A stretch of DNA of 39,480 nt from a virus (Duplodnaviria > Caudoviricetes): the IMG/VR virus record IMGVR_UViG_3300012890_000003, positions 1 through 39,480 of that record. One strand, given 5' to 3'. The stretch's first letter is position 1; every line of letters begins with the position of its first letter. This document shows, piece after piece, positions 16,412-24,911 of this stretch. Position numbers and translations under genes: made by a program. Below the pieces are notes generated by a model. The model was not told the origin of the DNA, made no database searches, and saw only the letters and a program-made list of their open reading frames with translations.

Positions 16412-16753
16412 CTATAATGCCCCACTCGGGGGAGTGCCGTGGGTGTAGCAGGTGAGCAGTAGGCCCCGGCGCCGGCCGATTTCGGCCACGTCGGTAAGCT
16501 GAAAGGTGCGGCCCTCGTAGGCTATCCGCCAGGCGGGGCGCACGTCGGCCCGGTAGCGAATGGTGAAGAGGATGCGCTGGGTCGGGGTGAGCTGGTCGGC
16601 CTGGGTGGCCTCGCCGCCGGGCTTGTACTCGACGCCGGCCGCCACCGTGGCCACGTCGGTGAAGGCAGCGGGCGCGGGCTCGCCGAAGCCGTTTTGGGGC
16701 ACTGCGGCGGGCTGTTGCAGCGTGAGTTGGCGGTCGAGGCGGCCGATGTTCAT
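16412..16753 (-). CDS. Head-tail adaptor/closure protein (SPP1 gp16-like)
   Basis: Likely start MNIGRLDRQLTLQ; FTIRYRADV...RIAYEGRTF. Confidence 0.88.
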   Translation of the reverse strand: MNIGRLDRQLTLQQPAAVPQNGFGEPAPAAFTDVATVAAGVEYKPGGEATQADQLTPTQRILFTIRYRADVRPAWRIAYEGRTFQLTDVAEIGRRRGLLLTCYTHGTPPSGAL

Positions 16754-17136
16754 AGCGTGGGCTCTCGTAGTAGGTTCATCAAATACTGGGCGGCCATCGG
16801 CACCTGCACGGCCACGGCACGCACGTCGGCTACCACTTCCTGCCGGTTTTCGTAGAGGTGGCCAATCACGAAGAGCTGCCACTGGTCGGCTAGCTTTTGC
16901 TCATCCTCGCTGAGCACAGCCGGGTCCACGTAGGCCACGAACTGGTACACCACGGGGTCGGCCAGCGGGTCCACGGCCACCGTGAGCGTGGGCTCACCCT
17001 GGGCCGGCCAGCGCCGCTTGCTTTCCTTTCGAAAGGCCGCCAGCGCTACGCCCTGGTAAAGGCCCAGCAGGTCGTTCTCGCTGTCATCGGACAGCGAAAG
17101 CTTCAAATGCGCCTTTACTTGGCTGAGGGTGGGCAT
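16750..17136 (-). CDS. Head-tail connector (HK97 gp6-like)
   Basis: TLSQVKAHLKL...IGHLYENRQ. Confidence 0.9.
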   Translation of the reverse strand: MPTLSQVKAHLKLSLSDDSENDLLGLYQGVALAAFRKESKRRWPAQGEPTLTVAVDPLADPVVYQFVAYVDPAVLSEDEQKLADQWQLFVIGHLYENRQEVVADVRAVAVQVPMAAQYLMNLLREPTL

Positions 17137-17141
17137 TCTGC

Positions 17142-17438
17142 TTACTTTTTAGCGTCTTTTTCGGCTTTTTTCGCCCCTTTTTCAAGGAGTTTGGCAGCCT
17201 CTTCGGGCGTTTTGGGGGCGGCAGCCGGCACTACAGCCTGCTCGTCAGCCTGTGGCACGGTAGCCGTTTCCAGGGTGGCGCTGGCGGCTTCCACTTCTTC
17301 AGCAGTGGCTTTGCGGAAAAAGCCCTCATTTTGGGTGTATTTCTCGAACGTATCATCACTCAACTCCACGACTTCGCCCGGATGGTGCGAAAAGTCAGGA
17401 TGAGAGCGCAGTACTTTGGCGTGCACAGTCTTGGGCAT
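17142..17438 (-). CDS. Small head-associated/packaging accessory protein
   Basis: Likely start MPKTVHAKVL; PGEVVELSD motif and Lys/Ala-rich tail; directly after the capsid gene. Confidence 0.72.
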   Translation of the reverse strand: MPKTVHAKVLRSHPDFSHHPGEVVELSDDTFEKYTQNEGFFRKATAEEVEAASATLETATVPQADEQAVVPAAAPKTPEEAAKLLEKGAKKAEKDAKK

Positions 17439-17501
17439 GGCTAGAAGAAGGGAATAAGCTGCCAGGCTTTGCAGGCCCGGCAGCGGGTTTATCACTAAAA
17501 A

Positions 17502-18866
17502 CTAGACAGTTTGCGGCTGCAAGCTGCCGATTTCGGTGCTGGGCACCGCGCCCACCATCAGGGCAAAAGATTCTGGGCGACGTATCAGCACATCCCAGAA
17601 GGAGTTCACGATGAGGCGGTTCTGGCCGTTGGTGGCCAGCGTGTAGGGGTCCATCAGCAGGTCAAGCCCACCCCACTGGCCAATTACCATCTGGCTCCAG
17701 TCGCCGTAGGCTACTACCGAGGCCTGGGTGGAGGTGCCGCGTACCTGGTCGGCTACCATGTTCGACACCACTAGCTTGTGGCCGTTCAGCTCGTTGTTAT
17801 CGGTGAGCAAGTAGATGGGATAGCCGTTCTGCAAGGGCGTCGTTTTGAGCGTACCCTTGATTTTGCTGTTCATCAGGTAACCCAGCGAACCCATCGCTGC
17901 GTTACGTACCTCTACCGATGCCTCCAGGCTGACCACATCGTTCAGCGTCGGAATACGGCCGTTGGTGCCGCCGGCCAGCACGAACACGCCGTCGGTGTTG
18001 AGCAGGCCCAGCGGCTGGTTGTCGGCTGGCAAGCCCGTGCCAAATACAGCGGCGCGGTCCACGGCGTGGTCCACCGAGAGTTGCAGGTCCTGGCGAATCA
18101 TCGCCTCAATGTCGGGCGAGGTCTGAATGAGAAACTGCTTGCTGAGCAGCAAGTAGGTGCCCAGGCGGTGCGGCGTCATTTTCGAGCGCCGGAACTTAAC
18201 GTTCGACTTGGGCAGCTCAGCTACTTCCGGTACCCAGCCACTTACTGCGCCCTGGCTCATGGCCGGAAACGGCACTTCACCCACCAGGCCGGTGAGCATG
18301 CGCGCGCCCAGCGCCTGGCAGGCCAGTTGCGGGCGCAGAATGCCCAGCATTGGCTGGGCGGGGTCCTGGAATACGACCGACGAGCCATCTTCGGGCTGCG
18401 TGGGCATTGTCACCGAGTTGTCACGGCGTTCCGTACGCCCCGGAGCGCTGCGCTGCTGCATAGCCAGAAAGCTGGGCACGCCCACGCCCTCGATGGCAAT
18501 GCCGAGGCTGCGGGCTTCGCGCTTGGCTTCCTGGTGCATTTCGCCTTCCAATCCAGTCGGCTGGCGGTTTTCCATCACATCAAGGGCCAGCTTGCGCAGC
18601 GAGAATTTCGAGAGGTCCTTTTCGTCTTTGGTGCTGTGGCGATTGGCTACGCCAGTGCCGGCGGCAGCGACAGCACGGGTGTTCTCGACTTCGCGGGCTA
18701 ACTCGATTTTCTTGTCGAGGTCCTTGATTTCGGCAGTAGCCGCACGGTAGCTGGTTTCTTCTTCCGCCGAAAGCTCGCGCTTTTCGGTTTCCGCCTTATC
18801 GACGATGGCCAGGGAGGCGGCGAGCTTGGCGGCCCGCTCTTCCAGCAGTTCTTTAAGTTTTTTCAT
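17502..18866 (-). CDS. Major capsid protein, HK97 fold with N-terminal scaffold (delta) domain
   Basis: 454 aa; coiled-coil N-terminus; GWVPEVAELP, PLGLLN and YGDWSQMVIGQWGG motifs. Confidence 0.95.
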   Translation of the reverse strand: MKKLKELLEERAAKLAASLAIVDKAETEKRELSAEEETSYRAATAEIKDLDKKIELAREVENTRAVAAAGTGVANRHSTKDEKDLSKFSLRKLALDVMENRQPTGLEGEMHQEAKREARSLGIAIEGVGVPSFLAMQQRSAPGRTERRDNSVTMPTQPEDGSSVVFQDPAQPMLGILRPQLACQALGARMLTGLVGEVPFPAMSQGAVSGWVPEVAELPKSNVKFRRSKMTPHRLGTYLLLSKQFLIQTSPDIEAMIRQDLQLSVDHAVDRAAVFGTGLPADNQPLGLLNTDGVFVLAGGTNGRIPTLNDVVSLEASVEVRNAAMGSLGYLMNSKIKGTLKTTPLQNGYPIYLLTDNNELNGHKLVVSNMVADQVRGTSTQASVVAYGDWSQMVIGQWGGLDLLMDPYTLATNGQNRLIVNSFWDVLIRRPESFALMVGAVPSTEIGSLQPQTV

Positions 18867-18876
18867 GGGTACTGTT

Positions 18877-18893
18877 TGCAGAAAAAAGGTGAG
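18877..18893 (-). promoter_or_regulatory. Conserved late leader motif CTCACCTTTTTTCTGCA (capsid)
   Basis: Identical 17-mer, 10 nt before the ATG. Confidence 0.7.
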
Positions 18894-18905
18894 AGAGGGG
18901 ATTAA

Positions 18906-19784
18906 TTAGTTAGAAAGCGCCAGCAGCTCAAGCCGGCGGCGTTGAATGGAGAGCGGAATGGGTGCGAGCTCAGGCGCGGTGCGCTTTGCGTCCAAGTCAG
19001 CTAGCCACTGCTTCATCTGGTCAATTTCGGCGCCCTGGTCGTCGATGATATCCTGCGCAAAGGCGCGGATATCTTCGTTTTCAACCTTTTCGAGCGCCGT
19101 TTTGGCCATCGTGAGCGCCATCTCATGGTGCGGAATCATCGCCTCCAAAAAGGTGCGAGTGGCCTTGTCAGCCGCCGAAACCTTGGCTTTTTTGCCACCT
19201 TTATCGCCCGCCTGCATGTCTTTCATGCGGAATTCTTCTAGGCTGCGTTTGGCCGCACTGGATTGCGCATAAGCTGGGTCGGTGACGGGGCACACATCGG
19301 CCACCTTGCTGATTTTGGTGACCGTGCGCACGTAGATGCTGCTGGTGTCGGTTTCCTCCTTATCCCAGCTGTCGCCATCGGGCCCCACCCGAAATGCGAA
19401 CGACGAGCCCACCACATCGCCACGCAGAATCTTGGCCATCACGCGCTGGTGGTCAGGGTCGGTGGCGTCATAGCTGATGCGGTAGCTCAGGCCCCCATCA
19501 GCATCGCGCGTCAGGGTCATCGTGCCCGAGGTAGTTCGGCCCAGCACGCAATTGCGGTCGTGGTTGAACAAGCCCACCACGTCGCTCAGGTCGGCGTTGT
19601 CGAGGGCCTTGGGGTCGATGATTTCCACAAAGCCACCGAGGTTCTTGCTGCGCGAATTGCACACAATGGCCTTGCCGGTAAAGGCAGCCGGCTCTTTGGC
19701 GTCGCCCTCCCCCCGGTATTCAATCGTAACGTGGGCGGCGGCATTTTTCAGGAAGCGGCGCTCCGTAGTGGCAGGCTTTTTCAT
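18906..19784 (-). CDS. HK97-family prohead protease fused to a DUF305-like domain
   Basis: LFNHD...LGRT...GSSFAF...VTDPAY is the protease; FLEAMIPHHEMAL...AQDIIDDQGAEIDQMKQWL is DUF305-like. Confidence 0.9.
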   Translation of the reverse strand: MKKPATTERRFLKNAAAHVTIEYRGEGDAKEPAAFTGKAIVCNSRSKNLGGFVEIIDPKALDNADLSDVVGLFNHDRNCVLGRTTSGTMTLTRDADGGLSYRISYDATDPDHQRVMAKILRGDVVGSSFAFRVGPDGDSWDKEETDTSSIYVRTVTKISKVADVCPVTDPAYAQSSAAKRSLEEFRMKDMQAGDKGGKKAKVSAADKATRTFLEAMIPHHEMALTMAKTALEKVENEDIRAFAQDIIDDQGAEIDQMKQWLADLDAKRTAPELAPIPLSIQRRRLELLALSN

Positions 19785-21085
19785 GGGGTGGGCGCAGCGA
19801 TTTTTTTAGTAGTGGCAGTGGGTTTGAGCAGCACGGCCTTGACCATGCTGGCGGGCACCATGTTGAGCGGCACGTAGCGCTCGTCGCCACCGGCCACGTG
19901 GTCACGGTCTTCCATGTCGGCGATGTCGTTGGCGCTGAGCACGCCCATGCCCCAGAGGGAACGGTAGAAGTTGCCGCGGGCCGTCACGTCGCCGCGCAGC
20001 AGGCCATCGTAATCAAACTTGATGGCGTAGGTCGGTTTTTGGCGCTCGGTGAGCAGCTTGCGTTTGCATTCCTGCTCAATACGTACCAGCCAGGGGCCGA
20101 GCGTGTCGGTCACGAACTCCAGGCCCTGGTGCTCAATGTTGTTGTTGGTCGAACGGTCAAGAATGCCGATTTTGTGCTGCGGCACGCGGAAGGCGCGGGC
20201 AATTTCTTCGGCCTGCACCTTGCGCGTTTCGATGAATTGCGCATCCTGAGGTGGCATACCCACCCGCTTATAGGTCAGGCCCTGCTCCAGAATCAGCGGC
20301 TTGTGACTGTTTTGCAAGCCGCCATTATTGGCAGCAAACTGTGCACGCAGTCGGTCAAGCACCTTATCGTCAATCTTGGCCTCCGTCTCGAGTACGCCGC
20401 CGATGTTGGCGCCGTTCTCATAAAAGTTAGTGCCAAACTGCTGCGCCGATAGCCCCAGGCGCATATTTTCGGCCATCACGCTCAGCACGGAGCGCCCGGT
20501 TACGCCGTTGAAGCCCAGGCCGGCGATGTGCAGCATCTCGTAGCTCTGACGGGGCAGCTTTTCCCCCGCAATCTGATAGAACAGCTCGCCGCCGTACTCA
20601 ATCACTTCTACGTTACGCGGGTGCACCCAGTGCAGGCCTACCAAGTTGAAGCGGGCATCACGCTCAACAATGGCGTAGGCATTACCCCACAGCACACAGG
20701 TAGCCACCATCAGCTCCCAGAAGTTGAAAGCCGACTGGCGTGGGTTGGGCTCCAGGGTAAGCAGGATATAGGCAGGGTGCTCCGTGGCCAGCCGGCGGCT
20801 GCCGGTAGTGCCCTTGTCGAGCACGAGCAGCGGCAGCTGGGCCACGCTCTCGGCAATTACCCGCACGCAGGCCCACACAGCCGAAAGCGTGACGGCGGTT
20901 TGCTCATTGACCGTGATAGCCCCCAGCGTGCCGGTGGAGCCGCTGTTGAGGTAGTTCAGCAACCGCGTATCGAACACGCCGCCGCCTTCGCCTACCACCG
21001 TAGCGGTGCCCGACACATTGTTCGGGTCGCCGGCCAGGGCCTGCGGCTTGGATTTGGCGGAAGAGAAGAAGTCGAACAGGCCCAC
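19781..21085 (-). CDS. Portal protein, HK97 family
   Basis: SAVWACVRVIAESVAQLPL, WGNAY and DAQFIETRK...IARAFRVP motifs; GTG start. Confidence 0.96.
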   Translation of the reverse strand: MGLFDFFSSAKSKPQALAGDPNNVSGTATVVGEGGGVFDTRLLNYLNSGSTGTLGAITVNEQTAVTLSAVWACVRVIAESVAQLPLLVLDKGTTGSRRLATEHPAYILLTLEPNPRQSAFNFWELMVATCVLWGNAYAIVERDARFNLVGLHWVHPRNVEVIEYGGELFYQIAGEKLPRQSYEMLHIAGLGFNGVTGRSVLSVMAENMRLGLSAQQFGTNFYENGANIGGVLETEAKIDDKVLDRLRAQFAANNGGLQNSHKPLILEQGLTYKRVGMPPQDAQFIETRKVQAEEIARAFRVPQHKIGILDRSTNNNIEHQGLEFVTDTLGPWLVRIEQECKRKLLTERQKPTYAIKFDYDGLLRGDVTARGNFYRSLWGMGVLSANDIADMEDRDHVAGGDERYVPLNMVPASMVKAVLLKPTATTKKIAAPTP

Positions 21086-21104
21086 GGCGTTGGATTAGCT
21101 TGTT

Positions 21105-21158
21105 CAAAGCTCCGAACCGGCCTGACCGGGTGCGCTATACAGGCGGGGAAAAGCGGGA
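21105..21158 (-). promoter_or_regulatory. Putative late promoter 1 (portal/head-tail operon)
   Basis: TCCCGCTTTTCCCCGCC-N29-GAGCTTTG, 19 nt before the portal GTG. Confidence 0.78.
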
Positions 21159-21167
21159 AAAGCTGGC

Positions 21168-22985
21168 CTAAATGGTTAGAAAGCCGCGGCCGTCCTGGTA
21201 GATGTACTCGGGCTCCTTGTCCCGACTCATATACCCGCCCAGTGCTTCGACGAGCGCCACGGCACCGTCTACCTTCTCCTTGCTCTTGCCCTTATTGATT
21301 TTGATGTTGTCGGCCGGGTCGCGGGCCAACTCTACGTTACCCATCATCCAGGCCAGCACCGGGTTGCCGTAGTGGTGAATCTTGCCGTCGAGCACCAGCT
21401 TCTCGAGCTCCTTAGTGGGGGCATTCATCGACACGAAGCCCTGGCCGAACGGCTGCATAGGTACGCCCGCCTCGGTCAGGTCAATCACCATCTGCGAGGC
21501 GTTGAAGCGGTCGTACTCAATCATCTGCACCAAATACAGCTCGCACAATTCCGCTATCTGGGCCTTGATATAGTTGTAGTCGGTGACGTTGCCGGGCGTC
21601 GTGAGCAGGTAGCCTTCGTCTACCCACTGGCGGTAAGGCACCCCATCTTTCTTGGTGCGCTCATCGACCGAATCCTCGGGTACCCAGAACCAGCACAGCA
21701 CGTCGAAGCCGCCGCCATCTTTCGGGAAAATGAACACCAGGGCCGTGATGTCGCGCACGCTGGCCAGGTCGAGCCCGCCCCAAGCCTTACGGCCGGCCAA
21801 CTCCGCTACGGCCGTGCCGTGGGCGCCGGCCATCCACAGTTCATTGGGTAGCCACACGGCCGAGGCGTCGGTCCACAGGTTGAGGTGCTTGGTTTTGAAC
21901 GGCACTTGCTGCGAGGGCGTACGCACGGCGGCGGCGTACTGCTCACGCAGGTAGTCGAGGCCTACGCTTACCCCAAGATTCGGATTAGCCTTCTGCCAGG
22001 TGCTTTCGTCGTTCCAGTCGTCAACCGCCTCGTCAAGGGCGTAAATCAGCACGAAATAGGAGTCATCATGGTACTTGCCTTCCAGCAAATCAATGCAGGC
22101 CTTGCGCAGTTGGGCGCAGGGGCCGAGCCGGTTGAAGCCCGCCGTGGTGATGATGCTCAGTAGCGGCTGCGAGCGGGCGCCGGTGGCTGACTTGAGTACC
22201 GAGTAGAGGCCGTCGTTGGGGTGGGCGTGGTACTCGTCGATGTAGATGCCGTGCGGGTTGAGGCCGTCCTCGGTTTTCGAGTCGGAGCTCATCGGCTTCA
22301 TGGTGCTCAGGGTCGAGGGCATGAAGATGGCATTCTGCTGCACCTTGATTTTCCTGAGCAGCGCCGTGGACTTCTTGGCCATGTTCTGAGCGTCGCCGAA
22401 CACGATGCGGGCCTGCTCTTTCTTGGTGGCCGCCGTGTAGATTTCGGCCCCGGCCTCGCCGTCGAGGATGAGCAGCTCCAGACACACGCCCGAGCCGACG
22501 GTGCTCTTGCCGTTTTTGCGGGCTACCTCCAGGTAGGACTCCCGGAATCGCCGCGTACCATCGGCCCGCTTCCAGCCGAAAAGGCTGGCAATGAAGAACT
22601 GCTGCCAGGGCTCCAGCGTGAGCGGCTGGCCTGCCCAGCGCCCCTTGTTGTGGGTGAGCAGGCTGAAGAATTTAACGGCGACGGTGGCGGCTTTCTCATC
22701 AAAGCGTAGCCCGCGCGCCGCCCCGCTTTCGAGGTCGCGCAGGTGGCGCTCGGCGGCAAGGTAGGTGTAGCGGCCCACGCGCAGTGGCAGGGCGCGCAGC
22801 TGGGCGCGCAGGGGCTCGGCCTTGCGCTCCAGGGCGGCTATCTGGGCCGTGTGGTCGGTGTCCTTGTCCTTTTTCAGCGTGCCGATGCGCAGCACGATGG
22901 GGCGCAGCTTCTCCTGCACGGCAGCTTCGGCGCGGCCGGCGCTCGCCACGTCGTGGGCGTATTGGTGCCAGGGGGCGAGGCTCAT
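21168..22985 (-). CDS. terL: Terminase large subunit
   Basis: LEPWQQF, Walker A VARKNGKS, Walker B IYIDEYH, ITTAG, GLDLAS and KVDGAVA motifs. Confidence 0.97.
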   Translation of the reverse strand: MSLAPWHQYAHDVASAGRAEAAVQEKLRPIVLRIGTLKKDKDTDHTAQIAALERKAEPLRAQLRALPLRVGRYTYLAAERHLRDLESGAARGLRFDEKAATVAVKFFSLLTHNKGRWAGQPLTLEPWQQFFIASLFGWKRADGTRRFRESYLEVARKNGKSTVGSGVCLELLILDGEAGAEIYTAATKKEQARIVFGDAQNMAKKSTALLRKIKVQQNAIFMPSTLSTMKPMSSDSKTEDGLNPHGIYIDEYHAHPNDGLYSVLKSATGARSQPLLSIITTAGFNRLGPCAQLRKACIDLLEGKYHDDSYFVLIYALDEAVDDWNDESTWQKANPNLGVSVGLDYLREQYAAAVRTPSQQVPFKTKHLNLWTDASAVWLPNELWMAGAHGTAVAELAGRKAWGGLDLASVRDITALVFIFPKDGGGFDVLCWFWVPEDSVDERTKKDGVPYRQWVDEGYLLTTPGNVTDYNYIKAQIAELCELYLVQMIEYDRFNASQMVIDLTEAGVPMQPFGQGFVSMNAPTKELEKLVLDGKIHHYGNPVLAWMMGNVELARDPADNIKINKGKSKEKVDGAVALVEALGGYMSRDKEPEYIYQDGRGFLTI

Positions 22986-23341
22986 TTAGTGAAACTGAGG
23001 TAGTGAGTGAGGAGCCCACCAGTCAACTCCTCATAATCATCATAGTTGTAAATGCCATGTACGGGGCAATAAATATCCCCTGTGTCGTATACTACCCAGT
23101 GCCCAGTGTATTTAGACCTGAGTAGACACAAGGCGGGCAATTGTGCCTGTTTTTTAAAGCGTAACAGCCTTTTGTGGGGCTGATAATGGTAGTATTTCAA
23201 CGCCCAGCGCACGGCCCGAGGGGATGCCTCCCAATCGTGGCAAAACACCGTCAGGCAGGAATTGAGTGACACGCCCACCAGCATGGCCACGCAGCACTGG
23301 CCGCACACGAATGAGCCTTCCGGCTGGATAATGAGCTTCAT
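22982..23341 (-). CDS. Peptidase C39-like small protein between terS and terL
   Basis: IIQPEGSFVCGQCCVAML...GHWVVY...IYCP gives the Q/C/H papain-like pattern; lower GC; ATGA-coupled on both sides. Confidence 0.7.
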   Translation of the reverse strand: MKLIIQPEGSFVCGQCCVAMLVGVSLNSCLTVFCHDWEASPRAVRWALKYYHYQPHKRLLRFKKQAQLPALCLLRSKYTGHWVVYDTGDIYCPVHGIYNYDDYEELTGGLLTHYLSFTK

Positions 23342-23814
23342 TTCGCTTCGTCAAAAAGGGCTGATAACGGGTCTTTTTCCTCGGTGCTACCAAGGGCTGA
23401 CACCTTGCTGCGGCTAGCTGGCGTCAGGCCAAACTCTACCAGCATTCGGTGAGCGCGACGCCAGAGGTCGGCCTCCATCGCCACCTCGGGCCGAGCTTTG
23501 TAGACCTTGCCGCCATCGGTGAGTAGCTCGTATACCCGGCCTCTTTTCTTAATTATCGCCCTCACGCTACACCACTCGGCGAGCACATCAGTCAGCAGTA
23601 CTAAGGCGGCTTTATCTCCGAATGAAATAAGCTTCATATCCAGCAGTAGGCCGCCAATCTCTACCCAGTATTCTTTTGCGGTGGCACTCAGCCAGCTAGG
23701 CGGGGTAGCTAAGGCTACTTCGGGCACTGGCTCCAAGGCATTAGTGCGGCTCGGCTGCAAGGTGCCGCCAAGTTTTTTAATCGAAGTAGGTTTGGGTGGA
23801 CGGCCGGCTGGCAT
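23338..23814 (-). CDS. terS: Terminase small subunit, P27 family
   Basis: GRPPKPT...PPSWLSATAKEYW...EFGLTPASRSK. Confidence 0.93.
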   Translation of the reverse strand: MPAGRPPKPTSIKKLGGTLQPSRTNALEPVPEVALATPPSWLSATAKEYWVEIGGLLLDMKLISFGDKAALVLLTDVLAEWCSVRAIIKKRGRVYELLTDGGKVYKARPEVAMEADLWRRAHRMLVEFGLTPASRSKVSALGSTEEKDPLSALFDEAK

Positions 23815-23929
23815 ATGGAATATTTTGGGTTGAATTATGCACGCGTGTGTTTGGGACGCTGGGCTACGGTCTAGACGAGGGCAGGCCCAAGGATTTTGAC
23901 CCCCTACCCCCTGGGGTGGGTGCTGCTAC
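23815..23929. other. Probable cos packaging site region
   Basis: Non-coding gap between HNH and terS containing GGGGGTAGGGGGTCAAAATC on the minus strand; the usual cos position in HK97-like phages. Confidence 0.55.
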
Positions 23930-24253
23930 CTACTGCCCCGCTGGGGCCTGTTGCGTGCGCTCTGACGCACTCTTAGCCTGGTGACAGGGGCGGCACAGGC
24001 TTTGGTGGTTGGCCGGGTCGTAGAAGTCGCCACCGAGGCGCACGGGGGTAATGTGGTCGGCTACCGTGGCAGCCGTGGTGCGCCCCTGCTGGGTACACAC
24101 TACGCAGCAGGGGCAGCGGGCCAGCTGGGCCAGGCGGGCGCGCTGCCAGCGGGCCGTGCTGTACTCGGGGCTGCGGGCCGCGTGCTGCACGTACTCGCGC
24201 TTGGGGGGCGCGGGCTGCCAGGGGCGGCGGATGGGCTTAGGCAGCGAAGGCAT
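23930..24253 (-). CDS. HNH endonuclease (HK97 gp74-like terminase cofactor)
   Basis: CxxC...VADHITP...NHQSLCRPCHQAKS, directly upstream of terS. Confidence 0.92.
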   Translation of the reverse strand: MPSLPKPIRRPWQPAPPKREYVQHAARSPEYSTARWQRARLAQLARCPCCVVCTQQGRTTAATVADHITPVRLGGDFYDPANHQSLCRPCHQAKSASERTQQAPAGQ

Positions 24254-24596
24254 TGGCAGGGAGTAAGGGGTAGTAATTTTCATAGGCAGGCTCGCCGGGG
24301 AGCAGGTGCAGGGTAAGCGAGTCCTGCACTAGGTCAGGGGGCAGGATGATGCCGGTGGCGCGCACCCGGCTGTTGTCGTACCACAGCACCCGGCGCAAGG
24401 CCGTGGGGCGCAGGTCAAGAAACCAATACACGCTGTTATACCAGGGCGCAATCAAGTCGATGGGCTGGCCATGCCGTAAGCCCAGCTTCTGACGCAGGCT
24501 CGCGTGCAGTTGCAGCACACCCCGGTTGTTGACCGTGAGGGTAGGCATGGGCGCAGGTGGCGGGGGCAGAGTCAGGGTACTTTGGGCAGGCAGCAT
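24237..24596 (-). CDS. AbrB-like DNA-binding protein, candidate late regulator
   Basis: TVNNRGVLQLHASLRQKLGLRHGQPIDL resembles the AbrB/MazE swapped-hairpin motif. Confidence 0.55.
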   Translation of the reverse strand: MLPAQSTLTLPPPPAPMPTLTVNNRGVLQLHASLRQKLGLRHGQPIDLIAPWYNSVYWFLDLRPTALRRVLWYDNSRVRATGIILPPDLVQDSLTLHLLPGEPAYENYYPLLPANAFAA

Positions 24597-24659
24597 GAGC
24601 AGAAAAAGCGTGTTTGTAAGATACGAATAAAAAAGCCCTTTAGTGCTTTGATTTAACCG

Positions 24660-24911
24660 CTACTCGCCGCTGGGCGGCGGCAGCTTGAGGTAGTTGAGCA
24701 CCTGCACGGTGTTATCGCTGAGGTAGCGGCCCTGGTGCTCCCAGCAAGCCCAGCCGGCGTCTAGTGGGTCGAGGTTCCAGTAGTCGAGCTGGGGCGCGCT
24801 GAGCGTCACGCGCTGCCAGCATTGGCGCTGGCCGGCTTCGCGAATAATGCAGTCGGTGCCGCCGGTGAGCGGCGGGCAGATGAGGCAGAGGGCGGGGGTC
24901 GGGCGGCTCAT
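24660..24911 (-). CDS. Hypothetical protein, 83 aa
   Basis: ATGA-coupled to the VRR-NUC gene. Confidence 0.7.
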   Translation of the reverse strand: MSRPTPALCLICPPLTGGTDCIIREAGQRQCWQRVTLSAPQLDYWNLDPLDAGWACWEHQGRYLSDNTVQVLNYLKLPPPSGE

